This document shows positions 48,924 through 62,042 of a stretch of 64,000 bases of DNA, in pieces. Source of the stretch: Phoronis australis (Eukaryota > Animalia > Phoronida); the NCBI GenBank assembly GCA_002633005.1, contig NMRA01000338.1:49331-113330 (forward strand), written 5' to 3'. The first letter of the stretch is position 1. Each line of letters starts with the position of its first letter. A program made the translations under genes and the position numbers. The notes beneath the pieces are model-generated. The model did not search any database. It was not told where the DNA came from and saw only the letters and a program-made list of their open reading frames with translations.

Positions 48924-51029
48924 TTAAACAGTTGTACTTGGGAAATCATAATTCACCATTCAACAGGAAGAGGACAAGCTGAAGATCTCTCAGACATAAA
49001 TTTCATTTTTAATCATTCTCTGTGTTAATAGATGAATACCACACATACTGACTTTCAGTCACATTGTTTAGCTCGCTCTAGACCTATAATTAATCTTCCA
49101 AAATATTGTGAATCTTCATCACTTGCTGTTCACCATAGTACAGACATATTTTTTGAGAATGCTTACCCAAGGACAATCCAGGTAGCCTTATGAAAATTTT
49201 TTGGCACAACTAAATAGACGGTAGTTTATTAACGTTTGGGTAATTGTTGAATTATAAACACACGTCAAAGTTTTGATATGTTTTATTTAATACTAACAAC
49301 TTACCTTAGTGGGCCCACTTGAAAATGCAGTCTCCAGCAACATTCACAAAATAACTAAAATCGCAAGCAGCTTCAGCTGCCCTAATACACTGGGGATAAC
49401 AGGCAGGAGAGCAGTGAGACTGCCTAACCTGGCCGAGTATACAGGGTGTCCCAAAATGGCTGGACATGGAGCGCGAAAAACACCATTAGTTCTCAGGAAA
49501 ACAAATCCTTGGTACTCAGACTCCATGAACACTTTTGTGACACCCTGTACAGCAACCTATTGAAAAAGGGCCAGGTGCAACTTAGAGCCAGTGCAGATAT
49601 AGAGCTACAACCATAACTGGCTGCTTCAAGCTGAGCTGACAACAAACGGCAAGACATAGAATGCTGCAAGTGAACGAACTAGCCCCAAGTTCACACAGTT
49701 CTCAAAGTGTTGACGTGAGCTGCCAGCTCAGCTGTCACTCGGGTCAGATGAGCTCGCATCTCTGTCCAGCCCTTACAGGAACAATAGAATGACAATTGGA
49801 TAGTTGACTGGTGAACCCACAAAACATAAACCATCTTAACTAATTTAACCCAGAGTGGTTGAAAAAGGTATCCATGTTACAGACATTATAAACTCCTAAT
49901 AACCTTACTGGTGAAATACAAAATGAGAGAATCTGAAACATATGCGAGTGANTAACCAACCAACCTTATTTTAGCTCAAAATGACATGGAAAAAGGTTGT
50001 CTTCGCCTTTAAACAGTTGTACTTGGGAAATCATAACTCACCATTCAACAGGAAGACAAGCTGAAGATCTCTCAGACATAAATTTCATTTTTAATCATTC
50101 TCTGTGTTAATAGATGAATACCACATACTGACTTTCAGTCACATTGTTTAGCTCGCTCTAGACCTATAATTAATCTTCCAAAATATTATGAATCTTCATC
50201 ACTTGCTGTTCACCATAGTACAGACATTTTTTGAGAATGCTTACCCAAGGACAAGCCAGGTAGCCCTATGGAAATTTTTTGGCACAACTAAATAGACGGT
50301 AGTTTATTAACGTTTGGGTAATTGTTGAATTATAAACACACGTCAAAGTTTTGATATGTTTTATTCAATACTAACAACTTACCTTAGTGGGTCCACTTGA
50401 AAATGCAGTCTCCAGCAACATTCACAAAATAACTAAAATCGCAAGCAGCTTCAGCTGCCCAAATACACTGGGGATAACAGGCAGGAGAGCAGTGAGGCTG
50501 CCTAACCTGGCCGAGTATACAGGGTGTCCCAAAATGGCAGGACATGGAGCGCGAAAAACACCATTAGTTCTCAGGAAAACAAATCCTTGGTACTCAGACT
50601 CCATGAACACTTTTGTGACACCCTGTACAGCAACCTATTGAAAAAGGGCCAGGTGCAACTTAGAGCCAGTGCTGATATAGAGCTACAACCATAACTGGCT
50701 GCTTCAAGCTGAGCTGACAACAAACGGCAAGACATAGAATGCTGCAAGTGAACGAACTAGCCCCAAGTTCACACAGTTCTCAAAGTGTTGACGTGAGCTG
50801 CCAGCTCAGCTGTCACTCGGGTCAGATGAGCTCGCATCTCTGTCCAGCCCTTACAGGAACAATAGAATGACAATTGGATAGTTGACTGGTGAACCCACAA
50901 AACATAAACCATCTTAACTAATTTAACCCAGAGTGGTTGAAAAAGGTATCCATGTTACAGACATTATAAACTCCTAATAACCTTACTGGTGAAATACAAA
51001 ATGAGAGAATCTGAAACATATGCGAGTGA
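48924..51029. repeat. Near-identical 1.0-kb direct duplication (48924-49951 / 50009-51029) joined at a single N; probable uncollapsed haplotypes
   Basis: Copies differ by scattered SNPs and small indels; n at 49952. Confidence 0.9.
49953..50008. mobile_element. Terminal 56 bp of a TIR from the same Kolobok family, followed by TTAA
   Basis: taaccaaccaaccttattttagctcaaaatgacatggaaaaaggttgtcttcgcct|ttaa is nearly identical to 21999-22058. Confidence 0.9.
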
Positions 51030-52688
51030 GTGAAAACTGGTGAAGAGCCCATCTGACTGTGTTCCATGGTGCTGACAGAAAATCCAAATAATCAAAATGC
51101 TCACACAAGAAGCTTGTAAAGCAATCTTTGTGACAAACAACACAAACTTCAAGTCACAAAGATTGCATCGCCAAGAGACTGTATACCAAGACAGTTTAGG
51201 ACACAACTAAGAAATTTTGAGACCACTTGTCATTTAAGACTAAAAACTCAAATGCAGTTTCATTTGGATGGAGGGGGTCAGCGGAGAAAAAACGGAGCTC
51301 GGGTTCTTTGGCCACAGACAAGAGCTGGTACTAGCCAGAGTTACTAATTAAACAACACACTACCCAACGACCACATGACTTTGACATCCATTTTCAAAAG
51401 AACCAGTGGAGCTGGAAATAAAGCCCAACTCCGTCACCAAGCACATGATACAAGGAGACAGTTTTTCAATGCCTTTGAACACGAAACAATGTCTGGGAAC
51501 ATGAGATATGTCAAAGTTCACAGACTATAAAGGACATCCCAAACGTGCACGTCAGACAAGACGATGGAACTACTGCTCCAATCAATGGTTGCATGACAAG
51601 AAATGCGACCAATGACAATCCATTTGAGATTTGTTCACAGTCGCTTCATAGCACCATTCTACCGTTGTGGCATTCAGAAAAAGACTGTACAAGGACTAAG
51701 CTAAACTAAACTGAATATAAAAATAACATTTTGATCTAATACAAAAATAGAATAAAAATCAACAACATAATCCTGAGAACATAACAGTTACAGGCTTTTG
51801 CAGTTTCAAATAAGACTAGATAGATAGACCTATGCACCACCATTACTGCACACCAGTCGCAGATTTCCAAGGACCAAATGACTCCAGCAAAGAGACAAAA
51901 GTAGGCATTTGAATGAACGCCAATTGCAACTTTCGATGGACATAGCGAGCAAACAACAAAACTGAAGTCTACTTGAAATTCCTTCTGGTTTTGCATTTGT
52001 GTATGGCAAATTTCAACACAAACAAGCACAATCTCTATGTTTTACACAGGGTCTGAGAGATACATGATATGGCACCTGCTTGCACTCGAGGCAAAAGTCA
52101 CACCAGCAAATTGAGAACATCACATGAAATACCGCAAAATCCTTTCAGAGATTTCACCTACCCCTTTTCCCAACAAAAACAGTCAATAATGACTGATGAA
52201 GTCAAGGGACCAAAAATACATCTTGGACTCCAGAGACAGGTCCCTCTTAAGTGACATTTTGTTTTGGCACTAAAACATGGTTACAATCCGCAAGATGAAG
52301 TCACACTTCGTCCAAAATGCCTGGTAATACACTGACTGGCAAGATAAGCTTTTGAGCAATGGAAATCCTGAATGTTTTTGAGATTCTCAGCAGAGAATTT
52401 GTGCAACACAGAGCTAGTATATGTAGTATGCACTGAGCCCACAGCCGCTACCTGAGTGTATCCAGTACTCAGGTGCGGTGAGAGTCAATCAAACTACATT
52501 AGGTGGGAAGTCATCCTTTCTGGCACTCGCCTTTGCTGTCTTTCACACAGAAACGATCACTCCGCATCACCTCCTATCCTTTCTTCACCTGTCTTCAAGG
52601 TCTACTCATATACACAGTACATACTAGCCACTGTCACATAAGAACTTCATTTGTACACTCTTGCGATTTTTTGTGTAAACTTTTGAGT

Positions 52689-52736
52689 TTAATCCCAGCT
52701 CTCTTCTTCATCAGCTGCAGCAGAGCTGAACCCTCC
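52689..52736 (-). CDS. vasa: vasa/DDX4 terminal exon, 3' part (GGFSSAAADEEESWD*); 5' part lost in the nnnn gap at 52737-52740
   Basis: Minus strand GGA GGG TTC AGC TCT GCT GCA GCT GAT GAA GAA GAG AGC TGG GAT TAA. An acidic tail with a penultimate Trp is the Vasa hallmark. Confidence 0.9.
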   Translation of the reverse strand, partial: GGFSSAAADEEESWD

Positions 52737-52905
52737 NNNNTTTTCAGGTGATGTATAGCTCCACATGTAAACAAAGCAGCTTGTGTGATAGAAATATTTT
52801 TGTGTTATAAAATTTAACTGTCAAAATAATGATAAAAAAGAGATGAGAAAGAGGAAACTGGAAATCAAATAAGAGAAATCGAAACCAAAAAACCAAATAC
52901 TCTTC

Positions 52906-54227
52906 AGGATATCTCAAACCTTATTCACAAAAATTGCCCATTTTTACAACATTTCATGCGTCTAGCAAAATACCTAATCTTCATTCTCGGGGAAACAAAA
53001 TATATACCTTGTAGCGAGAAAAAAAGATTTAGCAGAACCACCTTGGAACTGCACAAACGCGTGGATATTTGTTTACTATTTACCCAAGGTCAAAGGTTAC
53101 AGGGCGGTCACTCAAATCGAATCTCCTGCCAGGTACAGAACAGCTTCGTATCTACCCACCGTCATTTCATTCACTGAGTCGCCATAATCGAGTCAACAAG
53201 GTGTACTTATGATAAAACAGTGCCGGGGAAACGTAGTTTTAATCCTAAGGAAGTTGTGCGTCTACATGCCTACCACCGCAGAAAGCCTCACGCCTCTGCG
53301 GTCATGATCACAGCAAGTTGTGAAATGAGATAAATCCTCATCCGAATTCCTTAATTCAATAAGTAAACTGACATTTCGCTGTTTCGATCTCATGCTAACG
53401 ACATGCTTTAACCACCAACTCGATTTTTGTTATCCTTTTCTTACTTGGTTTCGTATCAGTCTCCCAGCAGTGATGTGTACAGACTATGTTAATAACAATG
53501 AACTGTGACCTACTTTTAAGTAGGTCAAACAACAGTAACAGATGGTCTTATCTCGTAACTGAGGACGGTACGTTTTAATAATTAAATTAATTACGCAATG
53601 CAAATTCAGCTGACACTGCGATTGAATGTTGAAATAGCTCCATGGTTAAGGCATGTATAGGTTACCCTGATCGAACACAAGTTTTCACTGAATAATTAAC
53701 TATAGTCCTTGAGATTTTCATGTCTCGCCATATACTCGGCTTTTTCTCAGCTTCGGCAAATCGACTTTATTTGAACTTAGGAACCCGAGTTCTCGAAAAT
53801 GGCTCGGTGGAATTCGCTGAAACTTTCCAAAATGTAATATTTATTCATCAATCTCAAAAAACACTGTTAAAGACGAATACGACCTGTATTTTTTACAAAA
53901 ATTAGTCACATTTTGCAATTTGATTTGTCATAGAAGCCAAACAAAAGGACTAATCGAAAATTACCAACAGCATTTTTGAGGTAAGTGGTGAAATTTTCAT
54001 TTAAAAAAGGTTTCATTAAAATCGACTAAGGGGCTATTTTGCTATGAATGTATCTTTCTTAAAAATGAAATTTTGACTTAAAAAGGTGTCAATGCAATAA
54101 TAATAATAATGGTATATAAATACAAAACATATTTTTATATTACCTGGTCTTTTTTCTTGCAGAAAATGCATACTTTAGTTGAAAAGGCTTAGTTTTTTAG
54201 ATATATGAGTTAGAATGGAGACCACTA
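52906..54227 (-). repeat. Interspersed repeat, copy 2, inverted, in the last vasa intron
   Basis: For example tcatgtctcgccatatactcggctttttctcagcttcggcaa vs ttgccgaagccgagaaaaagccgataatatggcgagacatga at about 46120-46160. Confidence 0.75.
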
Positions 54228-54398
54228 AATAAGGTTTAAGGTAACTAAGAGGAAAATTCCAAGCCCTGTGTCTGCTGGAAGACAAGTTAGCACCATTTGA
54301 TTTATATTAATACAACACCAGCACAACAATGGCTTTAGACAATCAGTTGTTTCATTCAAGCAACCCCAACACAGGGAAACAACTGGTATAACACTTAC

Positions 54399-54509
54399 AT
54401 TTCCCTTGCGTGTATCTCTTCCACCAAACTTTCCACCAATACCAGAGAAGCCCACGCCGGTACTAGACATAGCAGCCTCTTCGAGCCATCCTGGAACGTC
54501 TTGCTGGGC
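54399..54509 (-). CDS. vasa: vasa/DDX4 penultimate exon, copy A (duplicate within the 1.7-kb tandem duplication)
   Basis: Same 111-nt exon and splice sites as 56094..56204; one synonymous difference seen (ACC vs ACG). Confidence 0.85.
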
Positions 54510-56093
54510 CTAAAGCAGGAGTGAACACTTCTACTTGAAACCCTGAGCATATTGCCGCATCTGGTACACATGTTTGAACCACATCTAAGTAGTTAACAGT
54601 ATCCTCACAAAGAGTTTTACAAGTAACACTATTATCAATTTTGAAGACCATCATTTTCTCTTCTGTGGCAAAAGGCCGATTAAAAATTCATCTAGCAAAC
54701 TAAATAAGTTAATATACACTTATCAATATATATCAAAATGCTGGTTAAATGTAGTAAGGATGAAATTTACTGTTGACAGTAACTTAAAAAACAAATTACT
54801 GATCTATTATGGCACTTGTGCAGATGTTATTGTCAACATTTGGGTTAACGTCCAGGGCACAGAAACTGTCAAGCCTAGAAATTGGGAGGTTTACGCTTAA
54901 CTAAGCGATGGGCACTTAACCCGACCCAGACAGTCGCCTTGGCCACCTATGACCTTTAAACCTAAAGAACATAAATAATTTGGCGCAAGGCTAGTTGCCC
55001 ACATGATATTTGAAACAGTGAAGATTTCCAGTATCAGACCATAGAAGGCAAAAATAGGTTAGCCACAAAATATCATGAGAACTTAATGAACTTGTCACTG
55101 GCTCAGGAGGAAAACTAGGCTGAAATTTGGCTCTTAAAATGGGGGAAAATTGTCGTTTTGAGAACCAAATTAGTTGTAGAGTACATTGAGAGGCTGCATC
55201 TTGGCAGGTGTTAATTTCAACGATGTCTCTTTTTAATGCATTTCAGAAAACGTCAACACAATGTCCACGGTGTCGACCAGCTGTAACTACACTGCCCTTG
55301 AAATTAATCCGACTTGTGCATTTCAATGCACATATTACCATTTCGAAATCACTTCCGTGAAGCAAAATAATGTGTGGGTGCTAGTCAGAGCAGTCAGAGT
55401 TAAATTGAAATTCTCGAGAGTAAAGGGTGGTCGTTAAGTCAAGCAGTGGGCTCTTAATGCAGAGCTTTTCAAAAGGGGTGGTGTGTACTTACTCAAGCAG
55501 TGACCTGAATGAATACCATTACAGTGTGCGACTTTTTAATCATTGTTTTATCACACTACTGCATTAGGTAAAATGTGGAATGATTTGCTTTTGATTGGAA
55601 GACCATGCAATATTAGATGGTGAAAGAGCTTCATTTCGTCAAATTTGAAGAACAAAAAATAACCAACTGGACACCATAGTCTATTACTCCACGTGCAACT
55701 GACTCTAATGTGCCTCAAAATACCTTTCATATAACAGAGGAAAATTTTCAAAAATTTCTCGCAAAAAATTACAGTAGTGTAGCTAGGGCAGAAGCCATGC
55801 TAAAATAAAATATTTTACCAACTGACCTTCCCATCTCAAGAGCAGTGAGGATCAGGCAAGGGGAAATNAATGCATACTTTAGTTGAAAAAGCTTAGTTTT
55901 TTAGATATATGAGTTAGAATGGAGACCACTAAATAAGGTTTGAGGTAACTAAGAGGAAAATTCCAAGCCCTATGTCTGCTGGAAGACAAGTTAGCAACAT
56001 TTGATTTATATTAATACAACACCAGCACAACAATGGCTTTAGACAATCATTCAAGCGACCCCAACACAGGGAAACAACTGGTATAACACTTAC

Positions 56094-56204
56094 ATTTCCC
56101 TTGCGTGTATCTCTTCCACCAAACTTTCCACCAATACCAGAGAAGCCCACGCCCGTACTAGACATAGCAGCCTCTTCGAGCCATCCTGGAACGTCTTGCT
56201 GGGC
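56094..56204 (-). CDS. vasa: vasa/DDX4 penultimate exon, copy B (AQQDVPGWLEEAAMSSTGVGFSGIGGKFGGRDTRKGN)
   Basis: tttag|GCC CAG CAA GAC GTT CCA GGA TGG ... GGA AAT|gtaagt; 111 nt, phase 0-0. AQQxVPxWL and FGGRDxR are typical of the Vasa C-terminus. Confidence 0.9.
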
Positions 56205-57603
56205 CTAAAGCAGGAGTGAATACTTCTACTTGAAACCCTGAGCATATTGCCGCATTTGGTACACATGTTTGAATCACATCTAAGTAGTTAACAGTATCCT
56301 CACAAAGAGTTTTACAAGTAACACTATTATCAATTTTGAAGACCATCTCTTCTTCAGTGGCAAAAGGCCGATTAAAAATTCATCTAGCAAACTAAATAAG
56401 TTAATATACACTTATCAATATATATCAAAATGCTGGTTAAATGTAGTAAGGATGAAATTTACTGTTAACAGTAACTTAAAAAACAAATTACTGATCTATT
56501 ATGGCACTTGTGCACATGTTATTGTCAACATTTGGGTTAACGTCCAGGGCACAGAAACTGTCAAGCCTAGAAATTGGGAGGTTTACGCTTAACTAAGCGA
56601 TGGGCACTTAACCCGACCCAGACAGTCGCCTTGGCCACCTAAGACCTTTAAACCTAAAGAACATAAATAATTTGGCGCAAGGCTAGTTGCCCACATGATA
56701 TCTGAAACAGTGAAGATTTCCAGTATCAGACCATAGAAGGCAAAAATAGGTTAGCCACAAAATATCACGAGAACCTAACGAACTTGTCACTGGCTCAGGA
56801 GGAAAACTAGGCTGAAATTTGGCTCTTAAAAGGGGGGAAAATTGTCGTTTTGAGAACCAAATTAGTTGTAGAGTACATTGAGAGGCTGCATCTTGGCAGG
56901 TGTTAATTTCAACGATATCACTTTTTAATGCATTTCAGAAAACGTCAACACAATGTCCACGGTGTCGACCAGCTGTAACTACACTGCCTTTGAAATTAAT
57001 CCAACTTGTGCATTTCAATGCACATATTACCATTTCGAAATCATTTCTGTGAAGCAAAATAATGGGTGGGTGCTAGTCAGAGCAGTCGGTGTTAAATTGA
57101 AATTCTTGAGAGTAAGGGGTGGGCGCTAAGTCAAGCAGTGGGCTCTTAATGCAGAGCTTTTCAAAAGGGGTGGCGTGTGCTTACTCAAGCAGTGACCTGA
57201 ATGAATACCATTACAGTGTGCGACTTTTTAATCATTGTTTTATCACACTACTGCATTAGGTAAAATGTGGAATGATTTGCTTTTGATTGGAAGACCATGC
57301 AATGGTAGATGGTGAAAGAGCTTCATTTCGTCAAATTTGAAGAACAAAAAATAACCAACTGGACACCATAGTCTATTACTCCACGTGCAACTGACTCTAA
57401 TGTGCCTCAAAATACCTTTCATATAACAGAGGAAAATTTTCAAAAATTTCTCGCAAAAAATTACATTAGTGTAGCTAGGGCAGAAGCCATGCTAAAATAA
57501 AATATTTTACCAACTGACCTTCCCATCTCAAGAGCAGTGAGGATCAGGCAAGGGGAAATAAGTCTGAACCGTGACATCTAGGTCACACTAAACTCATACT
57601 TAC

Positions 57604-57874
57604 ATCTTGAAGAACTTTAACAAGGGGGCGTGCCAACTGACCATCTGCATTGTCATCATAAAAACTAGTGGCTCTTCCAGTGTTGCCACACCGACCAGTA
57701 CGACCAATCCTGTGTACGTACTCATCAACAGATGACGGTAGGTCATAGTTGACGACATGTTTCACCTCGGGGATGTCTAAGCCCCGAGCAGCCACAGACG
57801 TTGCCACTAAGATGGGCGCCTTGCCTTTTTTGAAGTCACGCAGAGCTTCCTCCCGCTCCTTCTGTTCGCGATCG
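57604..57874 (-). CDS. vasa: vasa/DDX4 exon: motif V (ARGLD) and motif VI (HRIGRTGR)
   Basis: tgttag|C GAT CGC ... CAA GAT|gtaagt; VAARGLDI and [13 protein letters not shown]. Confidence 0.97.
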
Positions 57875-58263
57875 CTAACAAGAGGAGACATTAACTGGTA
57901 TGACGAATATAACCAAGAAACAGGAAATAACTACAACCAACAACTATAACCAACGACACAAGTATCGACCACAAGTTCTTTGTGCAAGCTAAATGACCGA
58001 CATAGATTTCAATGAATGTCTGACACAAAACGGTAAGAATTGGCAATTTCTAATAAAATTATGAAACAACAGATCCTGAAGTTACTAGCTTTGATCAGCG
58101 AGCAGTAAACCAGAAGTGTATCCCATCCAATAGTTGTTTTTCAACCATAAAACGCGATTGAAAACCCATCAAAGGGCTCTTCTATTACATACTAACTTGA
58201 ACGACAAGACAATCAAAAAAGATATTAACTAAAATGTCGTTCAGTAGAGACTTTTATACTTAC

Positions 58264-58363
58264 CCATGAATGCTGGTTGTCGGGAAACCTGTCTGTGAAA
58301 GGTAGGATGCTAAGAAATCTGCATTTCTCTTCTGCTCAACGAAAACAAGAGTCCTGTCTGTGC
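58264..58363 (-). CDS. vasa: vasa/DDX4 exon: motif IV (LVFVE) to SIHG
   Basis: tttag|GC ACA GAC ... CAT GG|gtaagt; 100 nt, phases consistent with both neighbours. Confidence 0.95.
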
Positions 58364-59354
58364 CTAAACATATTGAAAATTTAAATGAATACTGCTGCAT
58401 CATAACACTGGAAGACATCGACCGATAATGCAATCGGGTAAATTCACTTGCAAACTTATAATACCACATTACGCTTATCAACAGCAACAGCTCTCAACAC
58501 TACAGGCCCGAAATTAGCATCACACATTACGAACACAGGTTAGTGCTTTTCACACATTACAAAGATTCGTGTGTTACTGAGTCACATTCATAACACTTCA
58601 CCAAAACATCAGCCACGCAGGTCTGTTCTTCCCCTGTTTTTTGTTATTAGCTATTGGTATCATAATGTCATTTGTATGAAATGTTACAACATACAGGTTT
58701 TCAAGTAGTGTTGCCTGGTCTTACCACACCCACATAATAACAATACACATTTATCTCAGTCACCCGTATTCACAACTACATGTCAGTTACACTGGGAATT
58801 TCAGCAAATGCATATGCGCTCATAGGCTTTTGGAGACCCAATCATAGGGTTTGAAGAGTTTCCCCAAAATGGTGTTAATGAAAAACAAGTTACATCGACA
58901 AATCTAGTCAAACACATGTTTTAGATGAATGATTCATGCTTTAATCGACATCAAGTCGTTTTTAGGAATATATTTGCTAAGGCCAATTACAACCTGTTTA
59001 CGGAAAATTTCTGTTCATAGACCCTCGCATGGCTGCCAACCCATTAAGGACATAACTTTAAATCTTCGTGTTGTAAATTTGTATTTTGCAAAAGAAAACT
59101 TGTTTGATTTCCATCATTTTCAGAAAGCTTTTAATTTCAACAATGAGATGAATGGATACACATGAAAACAAGAATAATATGTCATTTTCCAATTATATGC
59201 TCTGGGGCCCACTAACATAAATTCTCTGTAAGTAGCAGGCTGTCAGACAAGCACACGGCCTCCAACAGATGTTTCTTCATTTGCCCCATATCAACCATTC
59301 TATGAATGTCAGTAAATACAAACCAAACTGTGTAGACACAACCATTACATGTCA

Positions 59355-59711
<357 letters not shown>

Positions 59712-60523
59712 TTAGGTGTGACCTATTACACAATATATGAGTGTGACACAATATTTTACTTGATATCTGACAAAACGGCAAAATTCTGTTTTGTAAATAT
59801 GCCACATTTGTAGCGACAAAAACAAATGTGCTTCAACAATGAAAAGTAGAAAACTAAACATTTCACCAACTGACCTCTCCATCTTAGTGCAGCGAGAGAA
59901 GGGTGCGGGGAAACAAAACTATATTACAAAGCACCTTAGATATATAATTTGTTTTCTGAGATTAGTGAATGGCAAATGGAAGAGTTTGGTAAAATGTACT
60001 TTACACTTTGTTCCACTGAGTGACAATAGCATTAACAATCCAGCCAGCCAACGTACACAAATTCATGTTAAAAATAGGACAAAGTTCCCTATTCCCATAA
60101 TTCCTTTCACAGTAAAAATGAGCCGACATGGTGCATCATTTCAGCTGATAATTGCCTCATCTCATAATGGAACTTCCACTTAACAAGTTATCCCCCACAT
60201 TATTCCTGATCATGTCAGACAGCTATTTTGACAGTCAATATTTCAGGCATGCATTATAAGCATACAACTTACCTCAGTGACACCACGATAGGGATGAACA
60301 GAAAAAGTAAGTGTGTAAACAAACCCTTCATGAACAGAATGAAAGACCCTATCAGTACATCACTGATGAGAGTACTCTTGCATTATTGGCACAAGCTTGA
60401 AAACAGAGCACAGGTTTCAAACTAGTCCTCAGGTTTTATCCCGCTTCATTACACAGTAGCCATAACCAAGGAGACCGTTCAGCAACTTGAAAGCATTCAC
60501 TGAAAACGTGCATTTTGGCATAC

Positions 60524-60808
60524 CTTTCCCCTCTCAATGAAGTCCATGAGACGGCCAGGTGTGGCCACCAACAGGTGGGTGCCATTGCTGATCTGATTCA
60601 ACTGATAGCTAGTGGACACTCCTCCATAGCACACCACGGGCCTCAGCATGGTATTGAAAGCAAACTTCCTGGCCTCTTGGAATATCTGCTGGGCCAGTTC
60701 ACGAGTGGGAGCGATGCAGAGTGCCAGGGGGGTCTGCACGGCTAACAGTGATCCTCCGGGCAGACCAGTCTTCATCATCCCAGTGAGAACCGGCAACAGG
60801 AAGGCAGC
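60524..60808 (-). CDS. vasa: vasa/DDX4 exon: motifs Ia (PTRELA), ARKF, GG and Ib (TPGRL)
   Basis: ttttcag|GCT GCC TTC ... GGA AAG|gtatg; 285 nt, phase 0-0. EARKF is typical of the Vasa/PL10 group. Confidence 0.96.
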
Positions 60809-60943
60809 CTGAAAATGGTAGAGAGAGCAAACTATGATCATGGAGTTCTATAACACAAAAATTGTAACCATTGTGCAATGGCTCAGTGGTGCATGTGGTG
60901 GGTTGCCAGTCACAATTGTTGTGCACAAGAGCAAGGCACCAGT

Positions 60944-61364
60944 GCCTGGTTATATGAAACAGTCCCCAATAGAGACTCAACTAAGTTCCCTAAAACCTAA
61001 GGCGTATTTTTGGGCTTGTGAAAACACTGATTGCCCCTTCTTGTATTGTTTTAGTTCCAAGTCAACTTTAGACTTTCATATCGAGAGTGAACTCCATGTT
61101 GAAATGTCAATATTATCGAAAAAAAATAGGGATCTTTTCATGCAACAGCCCCAATTTAAGGACCGAGTCCCTAATTATTTTCGATGAACTCCGATCTCGG
61201 TTTTTAGTTACATTATCAGAAAATGTCATTACTCAAAGAGGAGCTCATAATAAAGATGAAATGATAGAAACATATTTCATCTGTGAGTCCATAAAGACAC
61301 AAATAGCAAAAAGACTTAGGGACCTTAGTTGAGTCCCAATTTGGGACTGTTTCATGTAACCGGC
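60944..61364. mobile_element. MITE (possibly PIF/Harbinger-like) in a vasa intron
   Basis: ggttatatgaaacagtccccaatagagactcaactaag vs cttagttgagtcccaatttgggactgtttcatgtaacc. Confidence 0.7.
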
Positions 61365-61740
61365 TACAGACCCCTCGTTCCAGACCACTCCGCTGAACAA
61401 CTCAAAGGCAGGGAGTCGTGATAGACAAGTATGGCATACCGGCGACACTCATCCACTCACGTCACACAAACCAATTTCTAATATCCTTAATTTACCAAGC
61501 ATGCCTTCTCTAAAACAGGTCATTGTAGTTTAATAATGACAGACAATGTGTGCAATTAGCTTATGCCAGGGAAGCAGAGCAGATGCATTAGACATACATC
61601 GATTTGGACTACTTTGTATTTCAAAAAAGCACCTAACTGTAGCCTAATCACTGAGTAACAAGAGCAATGCAGAGCATTGGAACATGTCCACGGTGTGTGT
61701 GAAATATCAAGAGTAAGGAACATTACAAAAAAAATCTCAC

Positions 61741-62042
61741 CGTTTTTCCAGAGCCAGTCTGTGCACAAGCCATTAGGTCCCGTCCAGACAAGATGGCTGG
61801 GATAGCAAACTTCTGAACAGGTGTTGGCTTCTCATACCGAGCCTTACGAACATTTGCTTGGAATGTCTCATACAGTTCGGCCTGTTCAAAGCTCTCAATC
61901 TTATCTGTGGGGGTGTTGCCTGTAATCTGCACAGGAATATAGTCATACTTGTCAAAGTTGATGCCTTTCTGCATGGCCAAGAACATCTCTTCTTCATCCT
62001 CGGTAGGCGGTGGAGGGATGTAGGTCACCGGAGCTCTTGGAG
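61741..62042 (-). CDS. vasa: vasa/DDX4 exon: VTYIPPPP, GINFDKYD, Q motif and motif I (AQTGSGKT)
   Basis: ORF 61723..62055; tttcag acceptor and ACG|gtgag donor; PTPVQKFAIP and DLMACAQTGSGKT motifs. Confidence 0.96.

Larger units (their letters stand above)
54165..57559. repeat. Near-identical 1.7-kb direct duplication (54165-55867 / 55869-57559) joined at a single N; probable uncollapsed haplotypes
   Basis: Copies differ by scattered SNPs and small indels; n at 55868; each contains the same vasa exon. Confidence 0.9.

Noticed and set aside
49309-50641. Two identical 84-aa plus-strand ORFs as duplicated genes
   Set aside because: They arise from the haplotype-like duplication, start at GTG and show no recognisable domain.
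54225-54654. ORF-track proteins 54225..54470 and 54463..54654 (and their twins near 56 kb) as standalone genes
   Set aside because: They are read-through or off-frame translations of the 111-nt vasa exon.
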